Shown here: positions 1-8,150 of the stretch, piece after piece
How positions within the stretch are numbered: the first letter of the stretch is position 1
Layout: the number at the start of each line of letters is the position of its first letter
Assembly (NCBI GenBank): GCA_019456305.1
Contig: VRUD01000012.1
Coordinates: 3,531-67,530 of the forward strand
Length of the DNA: 64,000 nucleotides
Direction: 5' to 3'
From: Cytophagales bacterium
GTDB taxonomy: Bacteria; Bacteroidota; Bacteroidia; Cytophagales; VRUD01
Notes under the pieces: generated by a model
What the model was told of the DNA's origin: nothing
The model's input: only the letters and a program-made list of their open reading frames with translations
Databases searched by the model: none
Made by a program: the position numbers and the translations under genes

Positions 1-82
1 ATTTCCAGATGGGGTTTATTTCTACGTGATCAGCTTTTCAGAATCTGATCATTTTAAAGGCACGGTTACGATACTCCGATAA
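1..82 (+). CDS. 3' end of a CDS entering from the left edge; tail of a T9SS type-B (gliding-associated) C-terminal sorting domain
   Basis: Frame 2 reads ...FPDGVYFYVISFSESDHFKGTVTILR* (stop 80-82). Same ending pattern as the giant adhesin in this window (...PDGTYYYLIKAADKRPKHKWVYVVR*). Confidence 0.55.
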   Translation, partial: FPDGVYFYVISFSESDHFKGTVTILR

Positions 83-173
83 TCGGAATTTGAATCTCGA
101 GTACCCGGGATGAAAGTTTTTAACATATAAAGCTGTATTTTAAATAATCAGATATTGGATATTAGATATTTGC

Positions 174-233
174 CCTACTAATTACGAATTGGCGAATTAC
201 GAATTCGTAATTCGCCAATTCGTAATTGGTAGG
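174..233. repeat. 60-bp near-perfect palindrome built from AATTCGT-type units, centred on GAATTC
   Basis: cctactaattacgaattggcgaattacgaa|ttcgtaattcgccaattcgtaattggtagg; one mismatch (179/228). Ends 41 nt upstream of the Crp/Fnr ATG. Confidence 0.9.
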
Positions 234-273
234 AATTTACGAGCATCTATCAACATCCAATATCATTTTTATC

Positions 274-954
274 ATGGCAACGAACACTAAATTCTGGTAC
301 CTCGAAAATTTCATCTTATTTAGTTGTCTTTCCAAAGATGAAATGGGGGATCTTGCGCAAAAAACAACTATGCGTAACTGCTCAAGGGATAAATTTATTT
401 ACTTTCCTGATGAACCTTCCAGGAATATTTACTTTTTAAAAGAAGGGAGGGTGAAAATCGGTTCATATTCCGAAGATGGAAAGGAAATTATAAAGACAAT
501 TTTACAACCCGGGGAGATCTTTGGAGAATTATCAATAACAGGTGAAGAAAAAAGGAATGATTTTGCTCAAGCCATAGACGATAATGTGATGATATGTGTG
601 ATGAATATGAAGGATATGGAAGAATTGATGGAAAAAAACACCAAATTAGGAATGAGACTTACAAAGCTTATCGGTTTTCGCCTTAGAAAAGTAGAGAGGA
701 GATTAGAATCGCTTATTTTTAAAGACGCCCGCACCCGCATTGTTGATCTCATAAAAGATATGGCGACAGAAGATAGCAAAATGGTAGGCACCGAAACATT
801 GATCATGAACAATCTTACCCATCAGGATATGGCGAAGCTAACTGCCACTTCCCGTCAAACCGTAACCACCGTTCTGAATGAATTGCGTGAAAAAAATCTT
901 ATTTATTTTGACCGGAAAAGGATATTGATCCGGGATATTGGCAAACTGATATAG
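274..954 (+). CDS. Crp/Fnr family transcriptional regulator (cNMP-binding domain plus C-terminal HTH)
   Basis: cNMP-binding-like ...IYFLKEGRVKIGSYSEDGKEIIKTILQPGEIFGELS...; HTH ...LTHQDMAKLTATSRQTVTTVLNELREKNLI. First ATG at 274; the ORF-track start at 226 is a TTG inside the palindrome. Confidence 0.85.
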   Translation: MATNTKFWYLENFILFSCLSKDEMGDLAQKTTMRNCSRDKFIYFPDEPSRNIYFLKEGRVKIGSYSEDGKEIIKTILQPGEIFGELSITGEEKRNDFAQAIDDNVMICVMNMKDMEELMEKNTKLGMRLTKLIGFRLRKVERRLESLIFKDARTRIVDLIKDMATEDSKMVGTETLIMNNLTHQDMAKLTATSRQTVTTVLNELREKNLIYFDRKRILIRDIGKLI

Positions 955-960
955 GCGTTT

Positions 961-1052
961 AGGGCATCTCTAAAAACTACATATTTTTTAAAACACACCC
1001 CTTGCCCCTCTTGATAGAGGGGAATATATGGTGTAGTTTTTAGAGATGCCCT
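961..1052. repeat. 92-bp nested-hairpin element, copy A (copy B at 62288..62378)
   Basis: Outer 21-bp stem agggcatctctaaaaactaca / tgtagtttttagagatgccct, inner hairpin cccctc-ttgata-gagggg. 90/91 identical to copy B. Starts 7 nt after the Crp stop. Confidence 0.95.
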
Positions 1053-1142
1053 TTAGTTAGCGGTCATGCTATGGGAACACTGCAAACTTGGAACTGACGG
1101 ATATAAACCGCAACTTTGCACCGTAATCAAACTGCAATAAAT

Positions 1143-1397
1143 ATGGAACAACTATTAAACATCAACGACATCAAAAAACTTTATCCAGACGAGTGGGTTT
1201 TGATTGGTAATCCTATCATGGACGACAGTAAAATAAATGTTCTGTCTGGCATACCGATATATCACAGCAAAGACCAGAAAGAAGTTTGCTACATCGGCAG
1301 GGAAAAAACGGCTAACTTTGACAAAATCACTTTGGTTTTTACCGGAACATTTAAACCAATAAGAAAGATAACTGGTATTTTCAATCGCATCAAATAA
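1143..1397 (+). CDS. small DUF5678-like protein
   Basis: 84 aa from ATG 1143 (MEQLLNINDIKKLYPDEWVLIGNPI...). The YPDEWVLI-type motif fits my memory of DUF5678. Stop overlaps the next start (TAATG). Confidence 0.55.
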   Translation: MEQLLNINDIKKLYPDEWVLIGNPIMDDSKINVLSGIPIYHSKDQKEVCYIGREKTANFDKITLVFTGTFKPIRKITGIFNRIK

Positions 1398-1786
1398 TGA
1401 CATTTCCATTTGAACGAGACCCCGGCAGCGGACTAATCATTGTCAATACTGAAATTGACGGGAAGTATGAACTGAAGATGGTACTTGACACAGGAGCAAC
1501 CAACACAACTATTAACAGCAACGCATTGTATTTATTGGGTTACGACCTCAAGGATAACATCGGCAAAGTAGAAATTGAAACAGCTAACGGAGTTATAGAA
1601 ACAGAAGTTTTTGAAGTTGGCAGTTTCGATTCTCTTGGACAATCAAAAGACAAATTTCAAATTCAGGTTTACGACTTCTTAGCTCACGGTATTTTTTTTG
1701 ACTACAACGGACTTCTTGGACTGGACTTTTTAGAGGGGACAAAATTTTGCATTGACACGAAGTTAAACACAATAACATTGAGCTGA
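1397..1786 (+). CDS. retropepsin-like (clan AA) aspartic protease
   Basis: Single-lobe size (129 aa) with catalytic motif VLDTGATNTTI and C-terminal GLLGLDFL. Confidence 0.75.
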   Translation: MTFPFERDPGSGLIIVNTEIDGKYELKMVLDTGATNTTINSNALYLLGYDLKDNIGKVEIETANGVIETEVFEVGSFDSLGQSKDKFQIQVYDFLAHGIFFDYNGLLGLDFLEGTKFCIDTKLNTITLS

Positions 1787-1911
1787 TGAAAAATTTGACG
1801 CTTAATTTAAGACGACAGACCTTCGTGAACAGAGCAGCACGAACCGCTTACGAATATTTGTTGAGTACATTCGTAATTCGTGAAAATTCGTAATTTGTAG
1901 GAGATTACAAA

Positions 1912-2727
1912 ATGAAAAACCAGCTTATAGAAGCAGTTCAAAAGCTAAAAGAAAAAGGGATTACAAAACCACAAATCGGTATTGTATTAGGTACAGGATT
2001 AGGAAACCTGATAGAAGAAATTGATATTCAAGTGGAAATTGAATATAAAAACATCCCGCACTTTCCTCTTTCAACGGTTGAAACGCATTCCGGTAAGTTA
2101 ATTTATGGTGATATTTCAGGTAAAAAGGTCCTGGCAATGCAAGGACGTTTTCACTACTATGAAGGATATAGTATGAAACAAATTACTTTCCCGGTAAGGG
2201 TAATGAAACAATCAGGGATAAAATACCTCTTGTTATCAAATGCTGCCGGAAGTATGAATCCCCGGATCAGGAAAGGATCGTTAATGCTCATAGATGACCA
2301 CATCAACCTTTTGCCGGATAATCCGCTAAGGGGATCAAATTTAGATGAACAGGGCCCCCGTTTCCCTGACATGAGTGAACCTTATTCACCACAATTAAAC
2401 GAGAAGCTGGAAAAAATTGCAGATGAAGAAAATATCACATTACACAAAGGCGTATATGCAGCCGTTGCCGGGCCTAACCTGGAAACACGTGCAGAATATC
2501 GCTACCTGCGTGGTATGGGGGCTGATGTTGTAGGAATGTCAACTGTACCTGAAGTGATTGTAGCAAATCATTGCGGGCTGCCGTGTGCTGCCATCTCAGT
2601 GGTCACCGATGAATGTGATCCCGATAACCTTGCAAAAGTAAATATTGAGGAGATCATTGAAACTGCCAATAAAGCACAGGCTAAATTGACAAAGCTGTTT
2701 GTTGGTTTGGTAAAACAAAGAACATAA
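1912..2727 (+). CDS. purine nucleoside phosphorylase (trimeric PNP family, inosine/guanosine type)
   Basis: IGIVLGTGLGNL..., GRFHYYEGYS, LSNAAGS, GPRFPDMS, ETRAEYR, GADVVGMSTVPEV are all typical PNP-I blocks. Confidence 0.9.
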   Translation: MKNQLIEAVQKLKEKGITKPQIGIVLGTGLGNLIEEIDIQVEIEYKNIPHFPLSTVETHSGKLIYGDISGKKVLAMQGRFHYYEGYSMKQITFPVRVMKQSGIKYLLLSNAAGSMNPRIRKGSLMLIDDHINLLPDNPLRGSNLDEQGPRFPDMSEPYSPQLNEKLEKIADEENITLHKGVYAAVAGPNLETRAEYRYLRGMGADVVGMSTVPEVIVANHCGLPCAAISVVTDECDPDNLAKVNIEEIIETANKAQAKLTKLFVGLVKQRT

Positions 2728-2845
2728 TTTTATGAATTAAAATAATGAAACCACTAATTACACGAATTTAACTAATTAAGAATTACACTAATTTAATTTG
2801 TGTAATTCGTGGTTAAACATTGAGATTCCGTTACAAATATCTCTG

Positions 2846-3361
2846 ATGAACACAATTATCTGCCCCTTCTTATTCCTGACAATTTTTAATCTCGCTCTCA
2901 CTGCCTGCTCGCAGAACGATGATCTTGATAAAAAACTAAAAAACATATTAGAATACAGCGTTCCAATTATTAAAGTAGAAGAAGCGCTAACACAGGAACA
3001 AAAGGATAATGTTTATTTTTTAGACACCCGCTCCAATGAGGAATATCTTGTAAGCCACATCCCCAATGCAATCTGGACAGGCTTTGATAAATTTAATATT
3101 CAAAAAGTGCTCGATATTCCAAAGGATGCATTAATTATCACATACTGCTCAGTAGGTTACAGAAGTGAAAAGATCGGGGAAAAGCTGCAGGAATCCGGTT
3201 ATAAAAATGTTTGGAATCTATACGGTGGTATCTTTGAATGGGTAAACCAGGGAAATGAAGTTTATAACAAATTTGACCAACCCACAGATAGCGTGCATAC
3301 TTATAACAGGAGTTGGGCAAAATATTTAGAAAGAGGGATAAAGGTAGTAAGTAGTAAGTAG
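2846..3361 (+). CDS. rhodanese-like domain lipoprotein
   Basis: Lipobox LALTAC; rhodanese core ...FLDTRSNEEYLVSHIPNAI...ITYCSVGYRSEKIGEKL...GGIFEW. ATG at 2846; the longer ORF-track start lies in repeat sequence. Confidence 0.8.
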   Translation: MNTIICPFLFLTIFNLALTACSQNDDLDKKLKNILEYSVPIIKVEEALTQEQKDNVYFLDTRSNEEYLVSHIPNAIWTGFDKFNIQKVLDIPKDALIITYCSVGYRSEKIGEKLQESGYKNVWNLYGGIFEWVNQGNEVYNKFDQPTDSVHTYNRSWAKYLERGIKVVSSK

Positions 3362-3457
3362 TAAGCAGTAAGCAATAGGCAGTAGACAATAGACAGTAGA
3401 CAAAAGACAGTAGACAATAGACAGTAGACAATGGACAATAAGACAATAGATTAATTG
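3343..3457. repeat. heptamer tandem array (GTAGTAA / ACARTAG units), family 'cagtagacaat'
   Basis: ggtagtaagtagtaagtagtaagcagtaagcaataggcagtagacaatagacagtagacaaaagacagtagacaatagacagtagacaatggacaataagacaatagattaattg. Related arrays at 11425-11450, 52985-53045, 53212-53255 (inverted) and 59296-59340. Confidence 0.9.
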
Positions 3458-3518
3458 TTTTTTTTACAGGACGCACCTACGGTGCTTAATTTTTTATTGT
3501 TTTAAATTTTCTTATAAT

Positions 3519-3526
3519 TATCTTTG
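3519..3526 (+). promoter_or_regulatory. candidate Bacteroidota -7 promoter box (TAnnTTTG)
   Basis: TATCTTTG within ttatctttgca, 63 nt upstream of the 3589 start. The same ttatctttgc string recurs at 6525 and 27779, and on the minus strand at 23397. Confidence 0.4.
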
Positions 3527-3588
3527 CATCAATTATCATTCATTATTTTTACTTTTTACTTTTTACTTTTTATAGTGCATTTGGACCA

Positions 3589-4269
3589 GTGAAAGAGCTT
3601 CTGATCATCTTCGTCAAAAATCCTATTAAGGGCAAGGTAAAAACCCGTTTGGCCAAAACGATAGGAGATGATAAGGCTTTGCTAGTTTATCAATCCCTGT
3701 TGAGATATACAAACAGTGTTACAAAAAACATGGGCGTCAGTAAAGCTGTTTATTATTCTGATTTTATCCCTGAAAATGATATATGGACAGATGGAGTTTT
3801 TTTAAAATACTTACAAAAAGGGGAAAACCTGGGTGAAAGAATGAAAAATTCTTTTGAGCTTGCCTTTGAGCAGCATTATCAATCCGTTGTAATAATCGGC
3901 ACAGATTGCCCTACCCTATCCCAAAAGATCATTGAAGATGGTTTTTCTAAACTTAAAATTTTTGATTTTGTCACCGGCCCTGCCACTGATGGCGGTTATT
4001 ATCTTTTAGGGTTGAATGACCGCATACCTGCATGGCGTTCTATCTTACAAAATAAAAAATGGAGTACAAATACCGTTTTTAAAGAAACAATGAATGATAT
4101 TCAGAAATTAAATAAAACAGTCTGTGTTTTACAAAAATTATCAGATATTGATACGGAAAAAGACCTTTACAAATTACGAAGTACGAATGATGAATTCGTA
4201 CTTCATAAGATAAAATCCGAAATTCAAAATCCGAAATCCGAAACCACTAATTACACTAAATTAGTGTAA
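3589..4269 (+). CDS. DUF2064 / TIGR04282-family glycosyltransferase-like protein
   Basis: LLIIFVKNPIKGKVKTRLA..., VIIGTDCPTLS, GPATDGGYYLLGL. GTG start. The last ~20 codons (..KSEIQNPKSETTNYTKLV*) run into the repeat at 4212-4268. Confidence 0.65.
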   Translation: MKELLIIFVKNPIKGKVKTRLAKTIGDDKALLVYQSLLRYTNSVTKNMGVSKAVYYSDFIPENDIWTDGVFLKYLQKGENLGERMKNSFELAFEQHYQSVVIIGTDCPTLSQKIIEDGFSKLKIFDFVTGPATDGGYYLLGLNDRIPAWRSILQNKKWSTNTVFKETMNDIQKLNKTVCVLQKLSDIDTEKDLYKLRSTNDEFVLHKIKSEIQNPKSETTNYTKLV

Positions 4270-4329
4270 TGCTTAATTAGTGTAATTCGTGTAATTAGTG
4301 GTTTCATAATTCATAATTCGTAATTCATA

Positions 4330-4914
4330 ATGGCATACATAAAAATTATTCAGCCTGAAGAAGCCGATAAACGGTTAAAAGAGATTTATCAGGATGTAAT
4401 TAAACGCAGGGGCAAATTAGCTGAAGTTCATAAGGTCCAAAGCCTCAACCCTGAAACTATTGTCAAGCATATAGACTTGTATATGTCAATCATGTATGGG
4501 CGTTCACCATTAAGCAGGGCGCAGCGGGAAATGATCGGTGTGGTAGTTTCTGCTGCAAACCAGTGTACATATTGTATGATACATCATGGCATGGCTTTAA
4601 ACCATTACTGGAAAGATGAGAACAAAGTAGCTCAATTGCGATTAAATCTGTCCCGCCAGAGGCGGGATCAATCCCGGGTACCCGGGTTAAATAAGGTTGA
4701 TAAATTACTTTGCCAATATGCCCGGGATTTAACTAAAGAACCGGACCTGGCTAACGAAGAAAATCATGTTAAACCATTAAAACAAGCCGGCCTTGATGAT
4801 AGGGCAATCCTTGACGCAACGCTGGTAATTGCTTATTTTAATTTTGTCAACAGGATGGTGACTGGGCTGGGAGTTACGTTGGAGGAAGAAGAAGCGGGAG
4901 AGTATAAATATTGA
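4330..4914 (+). CDS. carboxymuconolactone decarboxylase / AhpD-like peroxidase-related enzyme
   Basis: AhpD-core CxxC-type block ANQCTYCMIHHG and C-terminal ...ILDATLVIAYFNFVNR. Contains an in-frame GC-rich hairpin pair at 4651-4686. Confidence 0.7.
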   Translation: MAYIKIIQPEEADKRLKEIYQDVIKRRGKLAEVHKVQSLNPETIVKHIDLYMSIMYGRSPLSRAQREMIGVVVSAANQCTYCMIHHGMALNHYWKDENKVAQLRLNLSRQRRDQSRVPGLNKVDKLLCQYARDLTKEPDLANEENHVKPLKQAGLDDRAILDATLVIAYFNFVNRMVTGLGVTLEEEEAGEYKY

Positions 4915-4942
4915 GTAGTGAACGGTTAGACAATCTTTTTTT

Positions 4943-6340
4943 ATGAATATTTCAAAACTATCTGTTTTTTCATTGCTCTCTATATTGATCTATACCAGCA
5001 GTTGCAAAACCATAAAACCCCAACGCCCCGAAAGCTCAACCTTTACAAAAACCCCTGCAAAAGAACTATCCGTTATCAATCTCCCTGTTGAATACGCTCT
5101 GCTAAATATGGAAAAAGAAATTAACGAAGCGTTTCAGGGTGAGATTTACAGAGATGACAGCTTTGAAGATAATGAAGGCGACAATCTTATGGTAAGGGCC
5201 TCCAAAATAGAAGCTATTACCTTATCAGCAAAAGGAAATGTGATCAGCACTGATATTCCGTTGCATATTTGGTGTAAGGTTCGCTGGCAGGAGAAAATAC
5301 TGGGAATTAAATTAACCAAAATCGCAGAGACCGATTTTGACATTGTATTTAAATTTAACACCCAATTTAATGTTGATAAAAAATGGAACTTAATTACCAA
5401 AACCGCATCAAGTGGGTATGAGTGGATTAAAAAACCGCTCATAAAGCTCGGGCCAATACATATCCCTGTTACAAACCTGATAGAAGATGTGATCAAAGAA
5501 AAAATGGATGAGGTGGCAAAGGAAATTGATGATGATATAAAAAATTCATTTGATGTAAGAGCGTATATAGATAGTCTTTGGTTAAATATTCAAGAACCCA
5601 TATTGATCAATGAAGATTATAACTTATGGTTAAAATTAGAACCTGTAAGTTTTGTTATGACCCCCATAAAAGGCTGGCAGAAGAAAATTTACCTCAATTT
5701 TGGGATCAATACATCGCTTGAAATCGTAACGGGAAAAAAACCACTTTATATTGTCAATACCTCACTTCCGGACCTGATGATCAGAAAGGATATTGATAAA
5801 AAATTCCATCTGGTGTTGGCAGCAGAGATCTCCTATGCCGATGCTTCTAAGCTGATGTCCGATAAGATGATCGGGGAGGTTTACGAATTTAAAAATAAAA
5901 AAATAAAAATTGAAGCGGTAGATATCTATGGCAGTGGTAAAGACCTTATTCTAATGCTTGACTTTTCGGGAGATATTAAAGGCACGGTCTATTTCAGTGG
6001 TTTGCCGGAGTATGATTCATTAACCAGTACAATATCAATTGAAAGCTTTGATTTTGATGTAAAGACTACAAAAGCATTGCTTAAATTAGCAGATTGGCTC
6101 CTTCATGCAGGTTTCAAACATAAGATCAAAACAGCGTTAAAATTCCCGCTAAAAGACAAAATTTCCGAAATAAATCAATTAATTGAAAGCAGCATCAAAA
6201 GCAATCAGATAGGAGAATCTATTATATTGAATTGTGATATCACTGATATATTTCCCAAAGAAATATACCTTACTCCCGAGGCTATTAAACTGATGTTAAT
6301 CATAGACGGGGAGGCGCAGTTACTAATAAAAGATTGGTGA
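4943..6340 (+). CDS. lipoprotein of unknown function (possibly DUF4403 family)
   Basis: Signal/lipobox ...LIYTSSC; 465-aa uninterrupted ORF. The family name is from memory only. Confidence 0.6.
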   Translation: MNISKLSVFSLLSILIYTSSCKTIKPQRPESSTFTKTPAKELSVINLPVEYALLNMEKEINEAFQGEIYRDDSFEDNEGDNLMVRASKIEAITLSAKGNVISTDIPLHIWCKVRWQEKILGIKLTKIAETDFDIVFKFNTQFNVDKKWNLITKTASSGYEWIKKPLIKLGPIHIPVTNLIEDVIKEKMDEVAKEIDDDIKNSFDVRAYIDSLWLNIQEPILINEDYNLWLKLEPVSFVMTPIKGWQKKIYLNFGINTSLEIVTGKKPLYIVNTSLPDLMIRKDIDKKFHLVLAAEISYADASKLMSDKMIGEVYEFKNKKIKIEAVDIYGSGKDLILMLDFSGDIKGTVYFSGLPEYDSLTSTISIESFDFDVKTTKALLKLADWLLHAGFKHKIKTALKFPLKDKISEINQLIESSIKSNQIGESIILNCDITDIFPKEIYLTPEAIKLMLIIDGEAQLLIKDW

Positions 6341-6345
6341 AAAAA

Positions 6346-6394
6346 CGCATAGAGCATAGCGCATAGCGCATAGAGCATAGAGCATAGCACATAG
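6346..6394. repeat. (RGCATAG)x7 heptamer array
   Basis: cgcatag agcatag cgcatag cgcatag agcatag agcatag cacatag, starting 6 nt after the stop of the 4943..6340 CDS. Puts TAG in all three frames. Confidence 0.95.
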
Positions 6395-6400
6395 TGCCAT

Positions 6401-6431
6401 AACCCCGCACTTAAATTTATGTGCGGGGTAA
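6401..6431 (+). terminator. stem-loop after the 4943..6340 CDS (possible terminator, no clear U-tract)
   Basis: aaccccgcac-ttaaatttat-gtgcggggt; 9-10 bp GC-rich stem. Confidence 0.35.
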
Positions 6432-6524
6432 CAAACAACCATTAACTAATAACTAAACACTAAACTACTTAATTGCTTTATATGTTTTACAACTTGACCT
6501 AAGCAGATAGGCAGTTAATTTTAT

Positions 6525-6532
6525 TATCTTTG
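6525..6532 (+). promoter_or_regulatory. candidate -7 promoter box (TAnnTTTG)
   Basis: TATCTTTG only 5 nt upstream of the ATG at 6537. This argues that the real start of the downstream gene is further in (6618). Confidence 0.35.
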
Positions 6533-6601
6533 CATAATGTTAAAACACCTCAAAAACGCAGAGCGCAAATCGCATAGCGGTGAACCCCGCCTGTGGCGGG
6601 G

Positions 6602-6637
6602 CCATGCTCTATGCTCTATGCGCTATGCGCTATGCGC
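6602..6637. repeat. (CTATGCK)x5 heptamer array, inverted relative to 6346..6394
   Basis: ccatgct ctatgct ctatgcg ctatgcg ctatgcg, preceded by hairpin ccccgcctgtggcgggg (6586-6602). Puts ATG in all three frames. Confidence 0.95.
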
Positions 6638-7268
6638 TTTATTTATTATTACTTCAGCGAAGTGTCATAGCCAATCCTTTAAGATCGCCAAGTTCAAATA
6701 CAATGGCGGGGGCGATTGGTATGCTAACAAAACCTCTCTGCCTAACCTGATCGCATTTTGTAATAAGAACCTAAAGATGAACATTGCTGCTGAGGAAGAT
6801 ATTGTAGAAGCAGGCAGTCAGGAATTATTTTCATATCCATTTGTACATATGACAGGCCATGGTAATGTGGTATTCTCAAAACAAGAAGCATACAACCTGA
6901 GAAAATACCTTATAGGCGGAGGCTTTCTCCATATTGATGATAATTACGGGCTGGATAAATTTATCCGGGTGGAAATGAAAAAGGTTTTCCCTGAACTGGA
7001 TTTTGTGGAGCTGCCTTTTGATCATCCTATCTACCATCAGAAGTATAATTTTCCAAAAGGTTTGCCCAAAATCCATGAGCATGACGGCAAGCCGCCACAA
7101 GGGTTTGGCCTGATCTATGAAGGACGCCTCGTTTGCTTTTATTCATACGAATGTGACCTGGGCAATGGCTGGGAAGACCAGGTTATTTATAATGATCCTG
7201 AAGAGATAAGACGACAAGCACTGAAAATGGGAGCCAATATTCTCTCATTTGCGTTGACCGATTATTAG
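6618..7268 (+). CDS. DUF4159 domain protein
   Basis: FKIAKFKYNGGGDWYANKTSLPNL...YPFVHMTGHGNVVFSKQEA..LRKYL..GGFLHIDDNYG. I prefer the start at ATG 6618 (MRYALCALFIITSAKCHSQ, signal-like). The maximal ORF begins at 6537. Confidence 0.75.
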   Translation: MRYALCALFIITSAKCHSQSFKIAKFKYNGGGDWYANKTSLPNLIAFCNKNLKMNIAAEEDIVEAGSQELFSYPFVHMTGHGNVVFSKQEAYNLRKYLIGGGFLHIDDNYGLDKFIRVEMKKVFPELDFVELPFDHPIYHQKYNFPKGLPKIHEHDGKPPQGFGLIYEGRLVCFYSYECDLGNGWEDQVIYNDPEEIRRQALKMGANILSFALTDY

Positions 7269-7301
7269 GAGGCTTTGCAAAACTCAATTGAAAACAAAAA
7301 A

Positions 7302-8144
7302 ATGTTATCAAAAAGAGCCAAAGACCTTATCAAACTCGCAAAGAATCCCAAATTTATATCAGGGATCTACAATTATTGCGACCGCTGGTGCGAAAAATGT
7401 CCAATGACCTCTAAGTGCCTGCTTTATGCCCAGGAAAAGGAAGAAATGAGCGATACTGATGTCAATGATATGGAAAATGAAAAATTTTGGGAAAAAATTC
7501 ATACAAATTTTGAGATGGTAAGGGAAATGATAGAAGAAGATGCCAAAAGACTGGGAATAGACTTGGATTTAAATGATCCTGAGTTGGAAGAGATATCAAA
7601 AAAAGAGGAACTTAAAGAAAAAGAAGCCGAAAACCATGAACTCTCCGGGGCTGCTATGAAATATTCAGAAATGGTAGATGTTTGGTTTAAAAATGAAAAA
7701 AAGCTCTTCGAGCAAAAGAGCGATGAATTGATCACCAATGTAAAAATTGGCCTGGACGAAAAAAAGGTACTTACGGAAGCTACTGAAATCGCTGATGCCA
7801 CAGAGGTGATCCGCTGGTACCAGCACCAGATATTCGTGAAACTGATGCGCGGGTTAACGAATGATGATGACCTTTTTGACGATTTTGAAGAAGACCTAAT
7901 CCAGAACGATGCGAATGGTTCTGTAAAGGTTGCTTTGCTGGGAATAGATCGCTCTATTGGCGCCTTTGAAACGCTGCGAAACTATTTCACTGAAAAAAAC
8001 GACTCTCTGCTGGATTTCCTCATTCACCTCGATCGTTTAAGGCGGAAAACCGAACAACATTTTCCCAATGCGCGAAAATTTATCAGAGCAGGATTTGATG
8101 ATGATTCGGATAAAGGGATTTTGGAAGTAGGAAAGAAGAAGTAA
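7302..8144 (+). CDS. hypothetical protein with N-terminal Cys cluster (CDRWCEKCPMTSKC)
   Basis: 280-aa ORF from ATG 7302, acidic and helical-looking. No family recognised. Confidence 0.6.
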   Translation: MLSKRAKDLIKLAKNPKFISGIYNYCDRWCEKCPMTSKCLLYAQEKEEMSDTDVNDMENEKFWEKIHTNFEMVREMIEEDAKRLGIDLDLNDPELEEISKKEELKEKEAENHELSGAAMKYSEMVDVWFKNEKKLFEQKSDELITNVKIGLDEKKVLTEATEIADATEVIRWYQHQIFVKLMRGLTNDDDLFDDFEEDLIQNDANGSVKVALLGIDRSIGAFETLRNYFTEKNDSLLDFLIHLDRLRRKTEQHFPNARKFIRAGFDDDSDKGILEVGKKK

Positions 8145-8150
8145 ATTAAG

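Noticed and set aside
226-273. Longer N-terminal extensions offered by the ORF track (226, 1116, 2798, 6537, 7275, 9732, 20268, 21708, 27691, 30932, 32349, 50195, 51245, 54277, 59531)
   Set aside because: The extensions use non-ATG starts, run through repeat DNA, or overlap the tRNA (32349). An internal ATG gives a proper signal peptide or conserved N-terminus in each case.
3343-3457. CRISPR array as an explanation for the many short repeats
   Set aside because: Units are 7-8 nt and directly tandem or arranged as palindromes, with no 25-40 nt repeats separated by unique spacers. No cas genes are in the window.
3138-3476. ORFs that consist mainly of translated repeat DNA (3138-3476, 6205-6438, 11450-11689, 28471-28677, 48736-49002, 50980-51261, 63549-63832)
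   Set aside because: Their sequences are periodic (for example CLLSTVYCLLSFVYCLLS, MLYALCAMLYA) and are generated by heptamer arrays or palindromes. They show no independent coding signal.
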